A DNA stretch of 64,000 nucleotides from Minutocellus sp. GHC0000111 (GCA_977018835.1 OZ361256.1:806001-870000); one strand, 5' to 3'. Positions 44,701-57,054 are shown, counted from the stretch's first letter. The notes: generated by a model from the letters alone, not told the origin. Numbers and translations are program-made.

Positions 44701-47366
44701 CCAAGATCGGTGGCATCACCCAAACCAACATCTACATCTTCGTCTGCCGGAATATGGCGCGGGCTAATACTACCTTCGTCTTCTTCTTCCTCACTACTGC
44801 CACTAGCTCCTTCCAAATATTCAGAGGGTCGCTTCAAGCTTCCCACAGCTGTGTCCTTCGAAATGAAGCCATCGAGGAGACCATGACACTTGCGAAGGAC
44901 TTCCTCGACACAATCATCTAACGCATCCATGCGAAGTTCGCGGAGGTCCATGCCTCTATTGATGCGTTTGAACCGACGATATTCGTCCGAAGAGCTGCCA
45001 TTGCTCTTTGCTTTTGACTTCGCTCGTTTTCGCTCCATTCCATCAGTGAGGCGACGGAGTGCAGCCCGGCATTGGTCGGTACCATCTCGGATTAGCGTTC
45101 GACGGAGGTCATTGAAGAGAAGGAGAGCATCATTTTCGAGCTCAGCGGGATCCTTATTTCCGTCACTTGGATCCGCATCCTGCCGAGCAGCTTTACGGAT
45201 CGCAACTCCAAGTTCCTCAACTTGGATCCGAGCGTCGGGCAGAGTTTCATTCTCAATCTTGTCGGCAGTATTATCGAAGAAGGCTGGCAGGGACAAGTAT
45301 CCGATGCTCTTTGTTCTATCCACAGTGTCCTCAGGCAACGACTGTGCCGCTTGCTGACCCTCGGGCTGGATAAAGGTAGAGTCTAGCCGCAAGGGGTCGT
45401 CATCTTCAATGGCTGCAGCCCGAGCACCATCATAATTGTCGTCCCGATCGGAATACTGTTCGTCATCCTCATCCTGATGGCCACCGTCAATGGCCATTGC
45501 GACGGGTTCATCCTTCTCGGCATCATCTTCGTCTCCCGAAAGTACGAAATCGCCCTGCGTCATCTCCACCTCGCCAATATTGTTGACATCATCGACGCAC
45601 CCCGTTCTAGTAGAAGGATTCTCGGGGTGCTGAGGCTTTTTTGTTACGCCGGGACCTTCAGCATCAGCCTCGCCCTCTGTCATATCCACCACATCTGTCG
45701 AGGGAGGGAGTTCCGATGGCGATGTGAAATTGTCGGCCGCGGAAGTCGACCGCGCGGCTGGTGAAGGCAGCGCTTCCAGCGATGACTTGGTGGCATTTGC
45801 CTTTTTCTTTGGCACAGGCTTACTAGTAGCACTTGCGGTGGTGTATCGGTTCCTAAATCTCTTTCGGGCTGCCTTCCCCGAGGAAGACTTGGTACCGGCG
45901 GCGGATGATCCGCCCCCGCTGCGTCCTCTGTTGCGCACCGATCGAAGCTGGGCAAGCCTGGCCAAAATGGGATCGTTCATATCATCCGAAGACGACGACG
46001 ACGATTCATCGGACGAAGACGATTGACCATCAGAAGCACTGTACTTTTGGCCGCTTTTTGATTTGCTGCTTTGAACGTTCTCATCACCACTCGAGCTGCT
46101 GCTGCTGCTGCTATTTTCATCGTCGGCAATGATCCGCCGTCTCTTGATTAGTTGCTGTGGCTTGGCGGTATCCCCTCCGACTTTTATTTTCTCATTGTTG
46201 GACATGTCCGTTTCCGATTCCACCCGACGACGATGCCGGCGATGATGACGACGATGATGACGACCACGATCTCTATGGTTGCCTTTGTTATGATTGCTGT
46301 TGCCATTGTCCCACCCCGTCTCCCTCAACAGCTTGGCGTAGATCCGCTCCCTCCGCGCCCTGATCTCGCTCAACGACGTTTCGTCATTAAAACTAAAGTC
46401 GGAATCATCGGACGAGGATGCCGATGACAATGATCCATTACTAGTACCATTGTCCCCACGATCCTTTCGATGTTTCTTGCCGACCCTACTCTTACCCTTC
46501 TTGTTCCTATGTTGATCACCAGACGATGTCTTGATCTTAGCAGCCTCCATCCGTAACCTCTCCTTCTCCTCTTGCTGCCGTTGCTGCTGCTGCCGCTGCT
46601 GCTCCATCTCCAACGCCACCCAATCGCAGCTGCCGCAATCACCCCTTAGCGATCCGCACCGTCCGCACCGTCCCAGCAGCATCGACCTGTCCCGCAGGGC
46701 ATGACGCCTCCGTCTTGCGGACCCACCTGCTGCACCGACACCGACCCCGGCAGGACCAGCACCCATTATCGCTGCAACCTCCGTCGGACGATTCGACATT
46801 AAGGCGGTGTTGTTGCTGGTTGGCGCCGACGGTGTCGTGCCCGCCGAAGAATTGCCGCCATTACTGATATCACCAGCAGCTGTAGCAGTGGCAGTTCCCT
46901 CCTCCTCCTCTTCATACTCCTGCTCGTATTCCGGCGCCGCCAAAACGTACTCGACGGGCACGCGGCGCTCCCGTCCTCCCACGACGACGTAGCGGACGTC
47001 GACGTGCGTGACATCGTGTGCCACGGTGGGACTGCGATGGACGGCCGTGATCCGACCGGTCCCGCCCTGCTTGTTGATGCCCGGCCACGTCCGCGGCAGG
47101 ACGTTGACCATCCGACCGACCTGCAGATGGGCCGGCTGCTGCGGCTGAGGCTGAGGCCGTGGCTCCTGTCGTGACTGTGTGTGAGGCTGCTGCTGCTGCT
47201 GACCAGACGCATTTGCATCTTGTGCATGCATGGTCTGCGCATGCGAAGAAATCGATGATGGGCCGACCATATTGCCGGCAATGCCAGCGCTGCTGGAGGT
47301 TGGCACGGGCGTTCCGCCGCCGTTGCCACTACCACCGCCGCCGCTGGCATTGTTGTTCGTCTCCAT
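38789..47366 (-). CDS. Very large unknown protein (~2,800 aa): Tudor/SH3-like module, Cys cluster, long disordered region, helical C-terminal region
   Basis: Chain of long minus-strand ORFs joined by GT-AG introns 43244-43130 and 41265-41165, with frame breaks at ~43670 and ~41428 and an in-frame TAG at 42788-42786. Confidence 0.65.
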
Positions 47367-47720
47367 CTTCGCGGCAAAAAAATGAGGTCGCGTCGAGAGC
47401 CGGCATCGCCATCGTTTTGGGGCGGGGCTTGCTCGCGAAAAGAAATGGTCTGTCCATGCACCGTCCACCAGCAAGACTTGACTTCTCGACCGCGAAAATG
47501 AGACGTCAAGGCAAAAAGAGTAACGCACCAAACACAGCCAAAAACAGGGTACTGCCAATAGCAACTCATTGTCCCATTGAGAGGAACTGAGCGCGATTTC
47601 TCTCCCTGCAGCAGCGAGCAAGACGCAAGGGGGAAAACCCCGGCACGAGATAGCTACGTTACCACTGTGCGAGCGAAAGGGGAGCGGCTCGATCATCACA
47701 ACCGCCAAGACAACATTAAC

Positions 47721-49067
47721 ATGTCGAACGATAACGATAACGGCGACGGTGGCGGGGGTTGGGAGACGGCCCCGACCCGGCAGTCCAAGAAGAAGTCGAG
47801 CTCGGGTGCCAACAAGGAACCCAGAAACGCAAGAGGCAACAGAGGAGGCGGAGGATCTCGTAGAGGTCAGGGCAGAGGAGGCGGAGGCGGAGGAGGCGGC
47901 GGCGGGTTCGGCGGATGGGCCAAGCCCAAGCCCCCTCAGCCCAAGCCGAACGCCGATTGGCCCAGCCCGCCGCAGAGCCACTACACCAGCCAGCAGAGCG
48001 AGATGCTCATGGTGAGCAGAGCGAATGCAGTTGGTAGTGGTGGTAGTGGAGCAGCGAGTGGTGGAAAAGAGCTGACGTATCTGGACGCCGTGCCCAAGCG
48101 CGAGCTGACCGAACCAACCTTGGCGTGCTCGGCCGACTCTCTCTTGCAGCAGAAGCAGGCAGCTAAGGGAAGTGACACTGCTTCTCCTGCTACTGCCGCC
48201 AGCACGTTCCAATCGATGCTGAAAAAGACGTCGCTCATCGATCTAATGGCCGATTACGGAGAGGAAGACAGAGACTTTGCCAAGATGATTGTGCCCCAGC
48301 AGCAACAAGACGACAGCGCATCCAAGCCCAACACAAAGCCAAACGCAACCAAGTCCAGGTCCCAGCAACGCCAAAACGAACGCAACGGAGTCCTTGCACC
48401 GCACGGCAAGGCACCGATCCACATCGAGCTGGTATCGTACGGGCATCACTACGGCGTCCCCTCCGAGGCGACGGGGAAGGGGGGATACTCCCGGTCGCGA
48501 CCGTTGCCGCCCTTCGACGTGCGGGATTTGGACCGGGCGCCGCACCACGTGGCCAAGTTGAGCGGGCTTAGTCACCACGTCAAGCGGGAGTTGCTGAACC
48601 CACGAGAGATTGAGGTGGAGGGTGGTGATGACGGTGGTGGTAATGGTGGTGGTGATACGGATACTGCCAACAGCAAGACGGTTCAGTTCGCAGCCGACAA
48701 AAGATCACCGGTCCGAAGGAGGACCGACGAGGTTGCCCAAGACTCGGCCACGGCACTGGCGGAAGCGATACAGGATGGGTACGGTCACGCCTCGCCGTTG
48801 GACATGACGATCTACATTGGATCGGAGTATGGCCGTCATCGATCAGTAGTGATTGTGGAGGCGGCGGCCATTTCGTTGCGGAACATGCTGCGCAAGAACG
48901 AACGGAATCGATTTGGGACGACCCCGGTCAGCGTTGGGACGAGGCATCGAGATGTCGACAGGGCCCATCGAGATGAGGAGGCGTTTGGATATGATCTCAG
49001 AAGAGAAGCGCAGGCAGCAAAAAAGCAAAAGGAGAGAGAAGAGAGGGAGTCGGAGGGTAGATGGTGA
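47721..49067 (+). CDS. RGG-rich N-terminus fused to a RapZ C-terminal-like domain
   Basis: IELVSYGHHYGVP, FDVRDL, LSGL, IYIGSEYGRHRSV and VGTRHRDV match the RapZ CTD motifs SFGFKYG, FDVRFL, LTG, IAIGCTGGxHRSV and HRD. Confidence 0.75.
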   Translation: MSNDNDNGDGGGGWETAPTRQSKKKSSSGANKEPRNARGNRGGGGSRRGQGRGGGGGGGGGGFGGWAKPKPPQPKPNADWPSPPQSHYTSQQSEMLMVSRANAVGSGGSGAASGGKELTYLDAVPKRELTEPTLACSADSLLQQKQAAKGSDTASPATAASTFQSMLKKTSLIDLMADYGEEDRDFAKMIVPQQQQDDSASKPNTKPNATKSRSQQRQNERNGVLAPHGKAPIHIELVSYGHHYGVPSEATGKGGYSRSRPLPPFDVRDLDRAPHHVAKLSGLSHHVKRELLNPREIEVEGGDDGGGNGGGDTDTANSKTVQFAADKRSPVRRRTDEVAQDSATALAEAIQDGYGHASPLDMTIYIGSEYGRHRSVVIVEAAAISLRNMLRKNERNRFGTTPVSVGTRHRDVDRAHRDEEAFGYDLRREAQAAKKQKEREERESEGRW

Positions 49068-49128
49068 CGATTCAATCTAACGCTTTAGATTAAGTTTGAT
49101 AGCTTAGTAGCTCACACTACTAGCGAAT

Positions 49129-50694
49129 CTAGTAGCCAGGAATCCCTAGATGGACGAGATCGTCATCGTCGTTTTCGTTTTCGGTGCCGCCACTAATGAG
49201 CTCGATTATCTCCCCAGCAAAGGCGAGTAGCACCGATACCACCGATAATACAATCAATATAAGCAATGCCTTATGCTGGGACGATCTTGAGTGAAAATAG
49301 TTGCCATAGATGCGTATAGAACCTTCTGACCCAGTCTGATCCAATGTGTGGTATGCCAAGAATAGTGGGAAAATAAAGACAATCAAGCTGGTAAACAATG
49401 TGCCACCCCATGAAAGAAGAACCGTATCGAACGTTCCCTTGTAGAAAATCCAAGATACCCCGAACGGCAAACCCACAGCAAGCAGGTTTCCTGTCCGAGT
49501 AGAGCAGAGCCCACTGCTGGTAAGATTTAGACGGGCCAATACGCTAAAGAGAGGTATCCCAAGTCCAATGATGAATAGCGCAAATATCTCGGCCCCAATC
49601 TGAGTCGCCGTGCCGAATATGCCACCGACCATTGATGAAAGCATGTTCTCGGCCACTTGAGGAATGGCGAGTGCACCAAGGATTCCAATGACGACGTATA
49701 AAATAACGGAGAGCACCGACGATCCATTGATTACCGTCGCCACATCCACTCGAGGATCCTTTTCTGCAAGCCAAGCCGGTACAGCCAATAGCACAGCGAA
49801 GTTGAATAGGACGACGCCAAAGAGGTCGGTCCAGTCATCGCCCCAAATACTAACGTTGTCGAGGCTCGGCCCTTGGAGACAAAACGAGACGATGAACTGG
49901 AGTGATATTGCCAACAGCACAACAAATCCAACAATCTGCATAAATACATTCTCCTTTAGGTCCATCATTGCCAACGGGAAGAACAAGGCCACCGTTGTCA
50001 CATATCCCAAAGTGATCAGAAGTTGATCATCCTTCTGATGATGAAACGGTATGCACTCCCCAGCCGCAATGCGATGGTGTCCGCAATCGGCCTGGCTCCA
50101 GTACTTGACTTTGTTTGTGCCCGATAGAGACAATCGATACGCCGAGGTGTGACCAAAGACGTGGGCAATGATCTGGTCAATAATCTGAGCAGTATCGACA
50201 ACCGACGATATATTGAGGCAGGTTATGCACACGAAGAAGGCCACGTGCGTCATTATGTATGCCTTTTGTCCCCAAAAGATTCGAAAGGCATCGCTGTACT
50301 CGACGTTCCGAGAGAAGTCAGCATTGCCCGGCACCTTGCTAATCACATTGGCCATGTGCAGGGAACACAGTGCAGACAGGACGCATACGAATATCAAGAC
50401 GAAGCAGGTCGGTATGACGCCACTCCTTTGAAACGTCGCTGGTAGGTCCAGCATCGCCGGTCCTGTCAGGGAATTGACGGCAATGGCCACGCCCCCCAGC
50501 ATGCCGATTGTCCGTGTTCCTCGTGGGGATGGTGGCGGTGCTTGTTGAAGATTAAGATTCGATCCGCCATCGCTTGGGATGAGCGATGAAGACTCGCCTG
50601 CTGCTGCTGCTGCGTCATCGCTGCTGGTTGTTCCGTAGGAATGCTCGGTGTCGGCCGATATGGCGAGAGGAGTTCGTACATTGGATGATGTCAT
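49129..50694 (-). CDS. Transmembrane amino-acid transporter (Aa_trans/AAAP family)
   Basis: TIGMLGGVAIAVNSLTGPAMLDLPATFQRSG, about 11 hydrophobic segments, FGVVLFNFA..PAWLAEK. Confidence 0.85.
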   Translation of the reverse strand: MTSSNVRTPLAISADTEHSYGTTSSDDAAAAAGESSSLIPSDGGSNLNLQQAPPPSPRGTRTIGMLGGVAIAVNSLTGPAMLDLPATFQRSGVIPTCFVLIFVCVLSALCSLHMANVISKVPGNADFSRNVEYSDAFRIFWGQKAYIMTHVAFFVCITCLNISSVVDTAQIIDQIIAHVFGHTSAYRLSLSGTNKVKYWSQADCGHHRIAAGECIPFHHQKDDQLLITLGYVTTVALFFPLAMMDLKENVFMQIVGFVVLLAISLQFIVSFCLQGPSLDNVSIWGDDWTDLFGVVLFNFAVLLAVPAWLAEKDPRVDVATVINGSSVLSVILYVVIGILGALAIPQVAENMLSSMVGGIFGTATQIGAEIFALFIIGLGIPLFSVLARLNLTSSGLCSTRTGNLLAVGLPFGVSWIFYKGTFDTVLLSWGGTLFTSLIVFIFPLFLAYHTLDQTGSEGSIRIYGNYFHSRSSQHKALLILIVLSVVSVLLAFAGEIIELISGGTENENDDDDLVHLGIPGY

Positions 50695-51375
50695 AGTCGT
50701 AGAGATTCATGAGGAAGTAATGAAGCTTGCAGGTTTATGCTTACCGGTACGGGTTGATTTATTGAAAGCGCCGAGGTTGTTGCCGAGATTCGAATTACAC
50801 TCGAAAGATTCGCCCACTGTCCGTCTGGGGGAAAAAACTTGTGCCGAGCACAGGTTGCAGTTTGCTTGTCGCTCCGAGAATGAGGAAGGCCGATCCTTCA
50901 GCTTCAACCAAAAGCATCGGATCCAGCAACCAGCCACCCGCCCAGGCGCCTGCGATCCCAGCGCTGACGGCAATCGCAAGGGCTTGATTTTGTGCGTAAT
51001 ACATCTGCGCTCCTGGTATGATTGTAGTTGCTAGCAAGGCGCCGTGGACGACACATCACATTGCTCGATCGCCTCGAACGCAAAGTAGAGACCAAGATAC
51101 ATTTCAATGTGGTGGTACTCGTAGCTAGTAGCAAACATGCATGGTGCACAGCCAGTCCACACGAACATGATGGTGCCGAGCCGCGGGCTCACCACTCGGC
51201 CGTCATGAAGCTTGATCGTCGAATATCTAACTATAGCCTGAGTCGAGCCCAGTCACACATCGACGGGCGGCACAAAACCTCTCTAAAATTCATGCACGGC
51301 CGAACCAAGTCTACTCACAATACTAACAAACGAACGAACATCAATACCCAAAAATACGACTAAATACTTTCTACA

Positions 51376-53598
51376 ATGGCACGCAATCAGTTGGCGCATT
51401 GGTATCGGTCAAAGGCCCTGTGCGAGGCATTGGCCAAATCGAACAGTCACGCTACGTTCACCATTATTTGGAGACAGCATGGAAAGGAAATCAGACAGCA
51501 GCTGGGTGGGGACTGGGATAGGGAAGGAAGGAATTACAAGAACCTCCAAAAGTTTGTCAACGGTGCTAAGAATGAGCAGCGGAAGGGCAACTCTGTCTAC
51601 ATTGACAACGCAAAAGCGGTGTTAAAGAAAAAGAAGTCCGCGGTGGAACGCATCGCTCCTGCTCCGGATGCGGAAGATGATGACGACGACGACGAGGAGG
51701 AGGAAGAGGACTCTGGTGAAGATTCTCACCCCGAAGATGACAAGTCCGATGAGAGTGTCGCGTCAACTATTGAGAGTGAGGATGAGGAAGAGCAGACCGA
51801 AATGGAGGACGAGGCTTTTGGTGGACTTCTCCAGGAGGAGGAGGAGGAGGGTCAGGGACTGGGACCGGGACCGGGACAAGATAACGTGGACGGCGGTGGC
51901 GGTGGACTCGGCCAGGACAACTGCCCCGACAGTCCCAACGGCGGCAGAGTCGTCAATGAGAATATCGCCAACCTCGCTCTTCTTCAGCCTCAGCCAAGAG
52001 CGCCGAGCCTTACTGTAAGCAATGATGGCACCCTTGGTGCTGACTCTGTTTCTATTGCCGCGATTCAAGCTCACACCCGCATTTCGCAAGATGTCATCTC
52101 CAAGAACACCGCTATGTGCAAAATGACACAACGAATGATTCACCGCACCTTGAGGCATTCCAGGGGCACTTCAAGGAGCACATTGTTTCCTGGTATCGTT
52201 CCGACCATCGCGTTCCTGTGTCTCGTTGCCGCCGTCTTCATACATGTAGGCAGTCAAGAAGGAAGGTTCAATGTTGGTACTTTTGGCAAGGCCTATTTCG
52301 CCGGCAGCGCTCCGAATGCTCAGCAGCTCTCCTCCTTTGATGATATTGATCTTGCTGTTATGGAGAAGATTGCCGATGCAGGAACTGAGACAATGGGCCT
52401 CATCAATAGTATCAATATTGACGTTCGCAAGTCTTTGATGGAAATTTATCGCACAAGAGGTGTCCGATCAAGGTGAGAAATACACAGCCTTTGCGATTTG
52501 CGAACACATAGCTCTTCAATTGGTTCATACTCTTACCTTCAAACATAGTCCCATCTAACCCATGTGTTCTCCGCACCGTGCCCGTCACACGCATAGGTCT
52601 TCATCTTTCCAAAAGGGAGATGACATCAGCGAGTACCCTCATGATTCTACCGAAGCGTCCGATGCATATGTCGGCAAGGCCTCGGGGGCCTCAGGGGATT
52701 CCACTGCCGAGAACTCCCCTCCTTCGTTGCCACCTTCGTCAACACCCTCGTCCGACTCGAAACTTGCCTCAACTTCGAGTGGTGCCAGCGGCCATACTGT
52801 TCTATCGTCCACCTCTAAAAAGTGGTTCGATGATGATCAAAAGGGCCCCAGCGTCATTAGGAGCGAAATGACTGCAGCCGACGAGATTCCTCCAACCTCA
52901 ACCTACCGGTGCCTCTCAGGGTCCGACTGCACCAGTATTGACGGTGCTAGTATTGTCACCAATGACAAGAAGGGGGGCGGCAAGTCGAATGCCGAATTCC
53001 TCGACAACAATAAGGCCGCCGAGTGCGAGACTGTATCGAATGTCACCAAGGTCTCCGCCAACGCAACGGTCTCCGAGGATTCTCCTGCTTGCATTTCCGG
53101 TGGAAACGCAACAGATGCAAGGTCCCAGAATATTTCTTCTGGTGACAGCAACTCCAGCGCACCAATAGACAAAGGCGAGGCCCCACCATCGTCCGGCACC
53201 GCGCCAGAGCCTAACACCCCCCTCAAGAACCCCCCTCCTTCTGCACCAAAAGTAGTAGCGCCTCCTCCCGATGGCGGCGTGCACGATAGTACCACCACCG
53301 CCGCCGACGGTGGCGACGACGACGTGGAAGGAACCAGAGGCAGCGGTAGAAGCAGTGACTACAACTCACACAAACGGATGGCAATCGTCGGAATGGCAGC
53401 CCGTGCTCTCTGGCAGTATCCGATGGTTTGCGTTTTGCAGCTGTTACTGTCACTATTCATCTTGCCGAGTGGTTCTATGGCATTGATATTGTTTCCATCT
53501 TCAATTCGATCGGAAATACGGATCAAGAGCGTCTAGAGGCTGCCCAGCAGCTTCAGGAAGCGCAGCTGGACGAAGTACTTCGCCAGCTCAATGGATAA
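51376..53598 (+). CDS. Hypothetical membrane protein with acidic and Ser/Pro-rich regions (intron 52473-52596)
   Basis: Two long ORFs joined in frame by a GT-AG intron; two TM-like segments; a probable frame break at ~53432 gives the C-terminus ..EVLRQLNG*. Confidence 0.55.
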
Positions 53599-53735
53599 GT
53601 TGCATGAGTTCCGTTGTTCTAAAAAGCGCACACGCAAAGCTTTTAGCCTGCAATCTATAGTAATTCATTGTAAATAATCAAATTCAAATACGTACTTGAG
53701 ATAGATGTATTCTACACAAGCGACCGGCATGAAAA

Positions 53736-54891
53736 TCAATACCCCAACAACTCCTCCGGCACCTCGCAGCTGTCATCATGGGAAGTGCTCAGCTCCGTCT
53801 CCGTCTGGAGGGCCGTCATCGTTTTGACATGTTCGGCCTCGTCGTCTCGAATGGCAGCAAATACATCGTATAGATTGTCAATCTTGGGCCTCCGTACCTC
53901 ACACGAACCTGTCTGAAACTCGTCGAACATATAGAGGTCATCGCCGCTGTAGTAATCTATAAAAGCAAGCAAGGAATTCAGATGAGGAAATCCTTTGCCC
54001 TGAAAACAAAAATTGACATTAGGCACGGAAATAATTTATCTCACCTATGGCCACCTGTGGAGCTGGTTGGGCCTTGAGTTCCTCCTCGTTATCCTTGAGG
54101 AATTGATCGTATGTCAAAAAGGCATGCTCTTCCACGTATTGGTTGAGATTGTACGCCATGGTTGGGTTCCAAAAATACAGTCCCAGTGCGACCAGATAGT
54201 ACGCCACGCCAATGTGCTGTGCGACAAATCGATCAAACCACCGGTCGGCACCACCCAGGCTTTCCATGATAAGTAGATGATGCATCTCATTGAGATCTGT
54301 TTTGGTAGGAAATGGGAAAGGGGGAGGATAAGGGCATTGTAAGTTACCGTGAAATAGAAAGAATCGCCCGATGCTTTCATGTGCTTGCGAATCAGAAGCA
54401 AGCAGCATCGACCAATCACATCCACAACACCACTCACCTTCTGCAAAATGGATCTTGAGATACTTGGCCTTGCGCCACATCCCAATCGTTTCGTACCAGT
54501 GCAGCGCGGCCGTGTAGCTAAAGTACGGAACTCTGGCAATGGTCTCCAACGCATAGAATCGAGGATAGTCCCGTCCAGCGAAAAGCGTGTCGAATATGGT
54601 TCGCTTCAGAAATCCCACTGCACCCTTGTTGAATGCCTTCATTTCGTCCGACAGAGGATCGCCAAATCGAGTGGAGGGATTGTTGAGTTCGGTGGAGGGT
54701 GGAGTTTCGGGTGAGGACGATGTCGGGTCGATTCCAGCACCGACCATTCGAAGAGGAGGGGAATAAACGATCTTTTGTGTCTTGGTTGATGCTGTTGATG
54801 GGAAGGTACGACGCGTCTGCTGTGGACTGACGACAAAGGCTTTGGTGGCCGTCAAAATTAAGGAGACGATAAAGATATACCTGATCATCAT
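53736..54891 (-). CDS. PTOX: Plastid terminal oxidase (alternative oxidase family)
   Basis: Bipartite presequence TKA-FVVSP; RFYALETIARVPYFSY, AEDLNEMHHLLIMESLGG, VEEHAFLTY, IRDDEAEH. Introns 54437-54297 and 54044-53957. Confidence 0.93.
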
Positions 54892-55350
54892 TTTGTTGAA
54901 GTTTGGCGTGGATGTCTTTGCAGCTTGCTAGCTAGTAGGCTAGGCCGAGAGGAGGAAGGGCATGGCACCCAGGTGATGGCCAAGATTGAACAGTGTCGAG
55001 GAAACGACGCTTCGGTTTGACTGGGTTTCCATGTGACATCGACGGCCCGCCGATCAATCTCAAATCAAGCGTCTGGCGAGCAGATGGCACAGCGCAACAT
55101 CGAAACTCCGCGGACGTCGACGCGCTCGCTCCTTGAGAATTCTGAAGAAGGATCTCTGACTTGGCCACAGCATGCCGAAACAGAACAAGCAACCTCCTCC
55201 AGCATACTGATCCTCAGCAAATTCAGCAATCTCATTCTTTATTGAACATTGATTTATCGAGCATTTCATTGCAGCACATCTTGTGCTTATTTTGGGAATT
55301 CTCAATAAGTGTTGAGTTCGGAGAAAGATACGCCCTTCGAACTACCGCCA

Positions 55351-57054
55351 ATGATGAGCTGGAGGTCTGTCCCACCGATGGCTGGGCCTGGCCGTCTGCA
55401 GCTATCTGCTGGTCTCCTTATTTGCACTGCTTTGCTCTTCGTCGGCCCATCTTATGCCTATATCAATTCCGGCCTGCCCGCACAGCGGCATCGTGCCTGG
55501 CTGGAAGACATGACCGGGCAGATCTTGAAAACATCCGTCGGAGACCTAACGCCCGAAATGCTCGAGGCTGCACCTCAGGTCATGTCCGCATGGGCCGACA
55601 ATCCATTCGATGCACAGCCATCGCAATCATCTTCCACCAACAATAATGCGCCGACCATGGCCGTCGAACGTCTCATGAAACGACTGGTTGCCGAACAGAC
55701 CGCCACTGGAAATGCCGACGCGGCCAACACTTATGCCTACAATGCCCTGTTGCATGGCTGGGCCCGCAGCGGGGAGGGAGAGTATGCGGCTCAACGAGCG
55801 GAACAAATTCTCATTGAAATGCAAGATAGATTTGCGGCTGGAAACGCATCTGTGCAGCCCAACACGGCATCGTTTCGATCGGTCCTGCTCGCGTGGGAGC
55901 GTGCATCATCGTCGTCAACCTCCACCACCAACAAACACCACGATGCAACTCACGCCGCCCAACGCGGTCAGAGGATATTGGAATGGATGGTATCTCTTCA
56001 TGAGGCCGACGTCAACGAACTTGCAAAGCCGACATCAGAATGTTTCGATATTGTAATGAAGGCATGGTGCCAGTCCAACCATGCCGATGCTCCCAAGATT
56101 GTCGAGCAGCTTCTGGTCAGAATGGAACAGCTCTATCGAGAGGGCAATGCCGAAGTCCAACCTCAAACGCGACATTACAACCACGTCCTGCGAGCGTGGC
56201 AGCAATCCAAGCAGAAGGGTTCCGCTCGTCGGGCAGAGGAAATTCTGGAGCATATGAACAAGCTTTCGAGCCTCGACGATAGTCCGATCCAGCCCAATTT
56301 TGATAGCTACAACGCTTGTATAACTGCTTGGGCAACCTCCGATGAGAACTGTTCGGCACGCAAGGCCGAGTCGGTACTACGAAAAATGGAGTCTACGTAC
56401 AAAGACAACCATAGCAAGGATGTTCAGCCCGACGCGGTCATGTATAACTTGGTCATTGACGCATGGGCGAAGGTTTCGTCTCACGCCAAGACCAACGGTC
56501 GGTTGCCATACGAATCGGCCCGCAAGATTTTGGACCGACAGATTGACCTCTACGAGCAACAAGGCACCATCAAGTGCCGGCCGGATGCTTACGGCTACAC
56601 CTCCGTCATCAAAGCTTGTGAGAGCATGGCGGTACGATCCAAACGTCAGCGAGAAAAGGCATTCAAGGTTGCGGAGAGGACCTTTCTTGAGCTCTGTTCA
56701 TCGGACCACGCCGCTCCAAATCACGTTGCTTATGGCACCATGCTGAAAGCGTGCGCCCATCTTTTAGCTCCAGGAAGCAAGCAGCGAGAGCAAATATCTC
56801 GTCTAGTGTTCGACAAGGCATGTCGAGATGGTTGTGTCGGTGCCATGGTTTTGAATCGGTTCAGGGAAGCTGCCTCGTCGGATTCCTACAAGGAGGTAAT
56901 GGGGGATTTCAACAAGAATTCGCTCCCCTATGATTGGACCTTTCGTGTCCCCAAGAGCGACCAGGCGCTGCATCGTCGGAAGCGAAAGAAGAAGAGTGCC
57001 GTTCAGAAGAAGTTGCTTTCCAAAATCAACAAGAAGACCGATCTGAAGCCGTGA
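55351..57054 (+). CDS. Pentatricopeptide repeat protein, probably organelle-targeted
   Basis: Repeats NTYAYNALLHGWARS, PNTASFRSVL, PNFDSYNACITAWA, PDAVMYNLVIDAWA; hydrophobic N-terminus ending SYA-YI. Confidence 0.88.
   Translation: MMSWRSVPPMAGPGRLQLSAGLLICTALLFVGPSYAYINSGLPAQRHRAWLEDMTGQILKTSVGDLTPEMLEAAPQVMSAWADNPFDAQPSQSSSTNNNAPTMAVERLMKRLVAEQTATGNADAANTYAYNALLHGWARSGEGEYAAQRAEQILIEMQDRFAAGNASVQPNTASFRSVLLAWERASSSSTSTTNKHHDATHAAQRGQRILEWMVSLHEADVNELAKPTSECFDIVMKAWCQSNHADAPKIVEQLLVRMEQLYREGNAEVQPQTRHYNHVLRAWQQSKQKGSARRAEEILEHMNKLSSLDDSPIQPNFDSYNACITAWATSDENCSARKAESVLRKMESTYKDNHSKDVQPDAVMYNLVIDAWAKVSSHAKTNGRLPYESARKILDRQIDLYEQQGTIKCRPDAYGYTSVIKACESMAVRSKRQREKAFKVAERTFLELCSSDHAAPNHVAYGTMLKACAHLLAPGSKQREQISRLVFDKACRDGCVGAMVLNRFREAASSDSYKEVMGDFNKNSLPYDWTFRVPKSDQALHRRKRKKKSAVQKKLLSKINKKTDLKP

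Noticed and set aside
47367..48212. 282-aa N-terminal extension of the 1524-aa ORF
   Set aside because: It is antisense to the RGG-RapZ gene and its promoter; METNNNASG at 47366 is the more plausible start.
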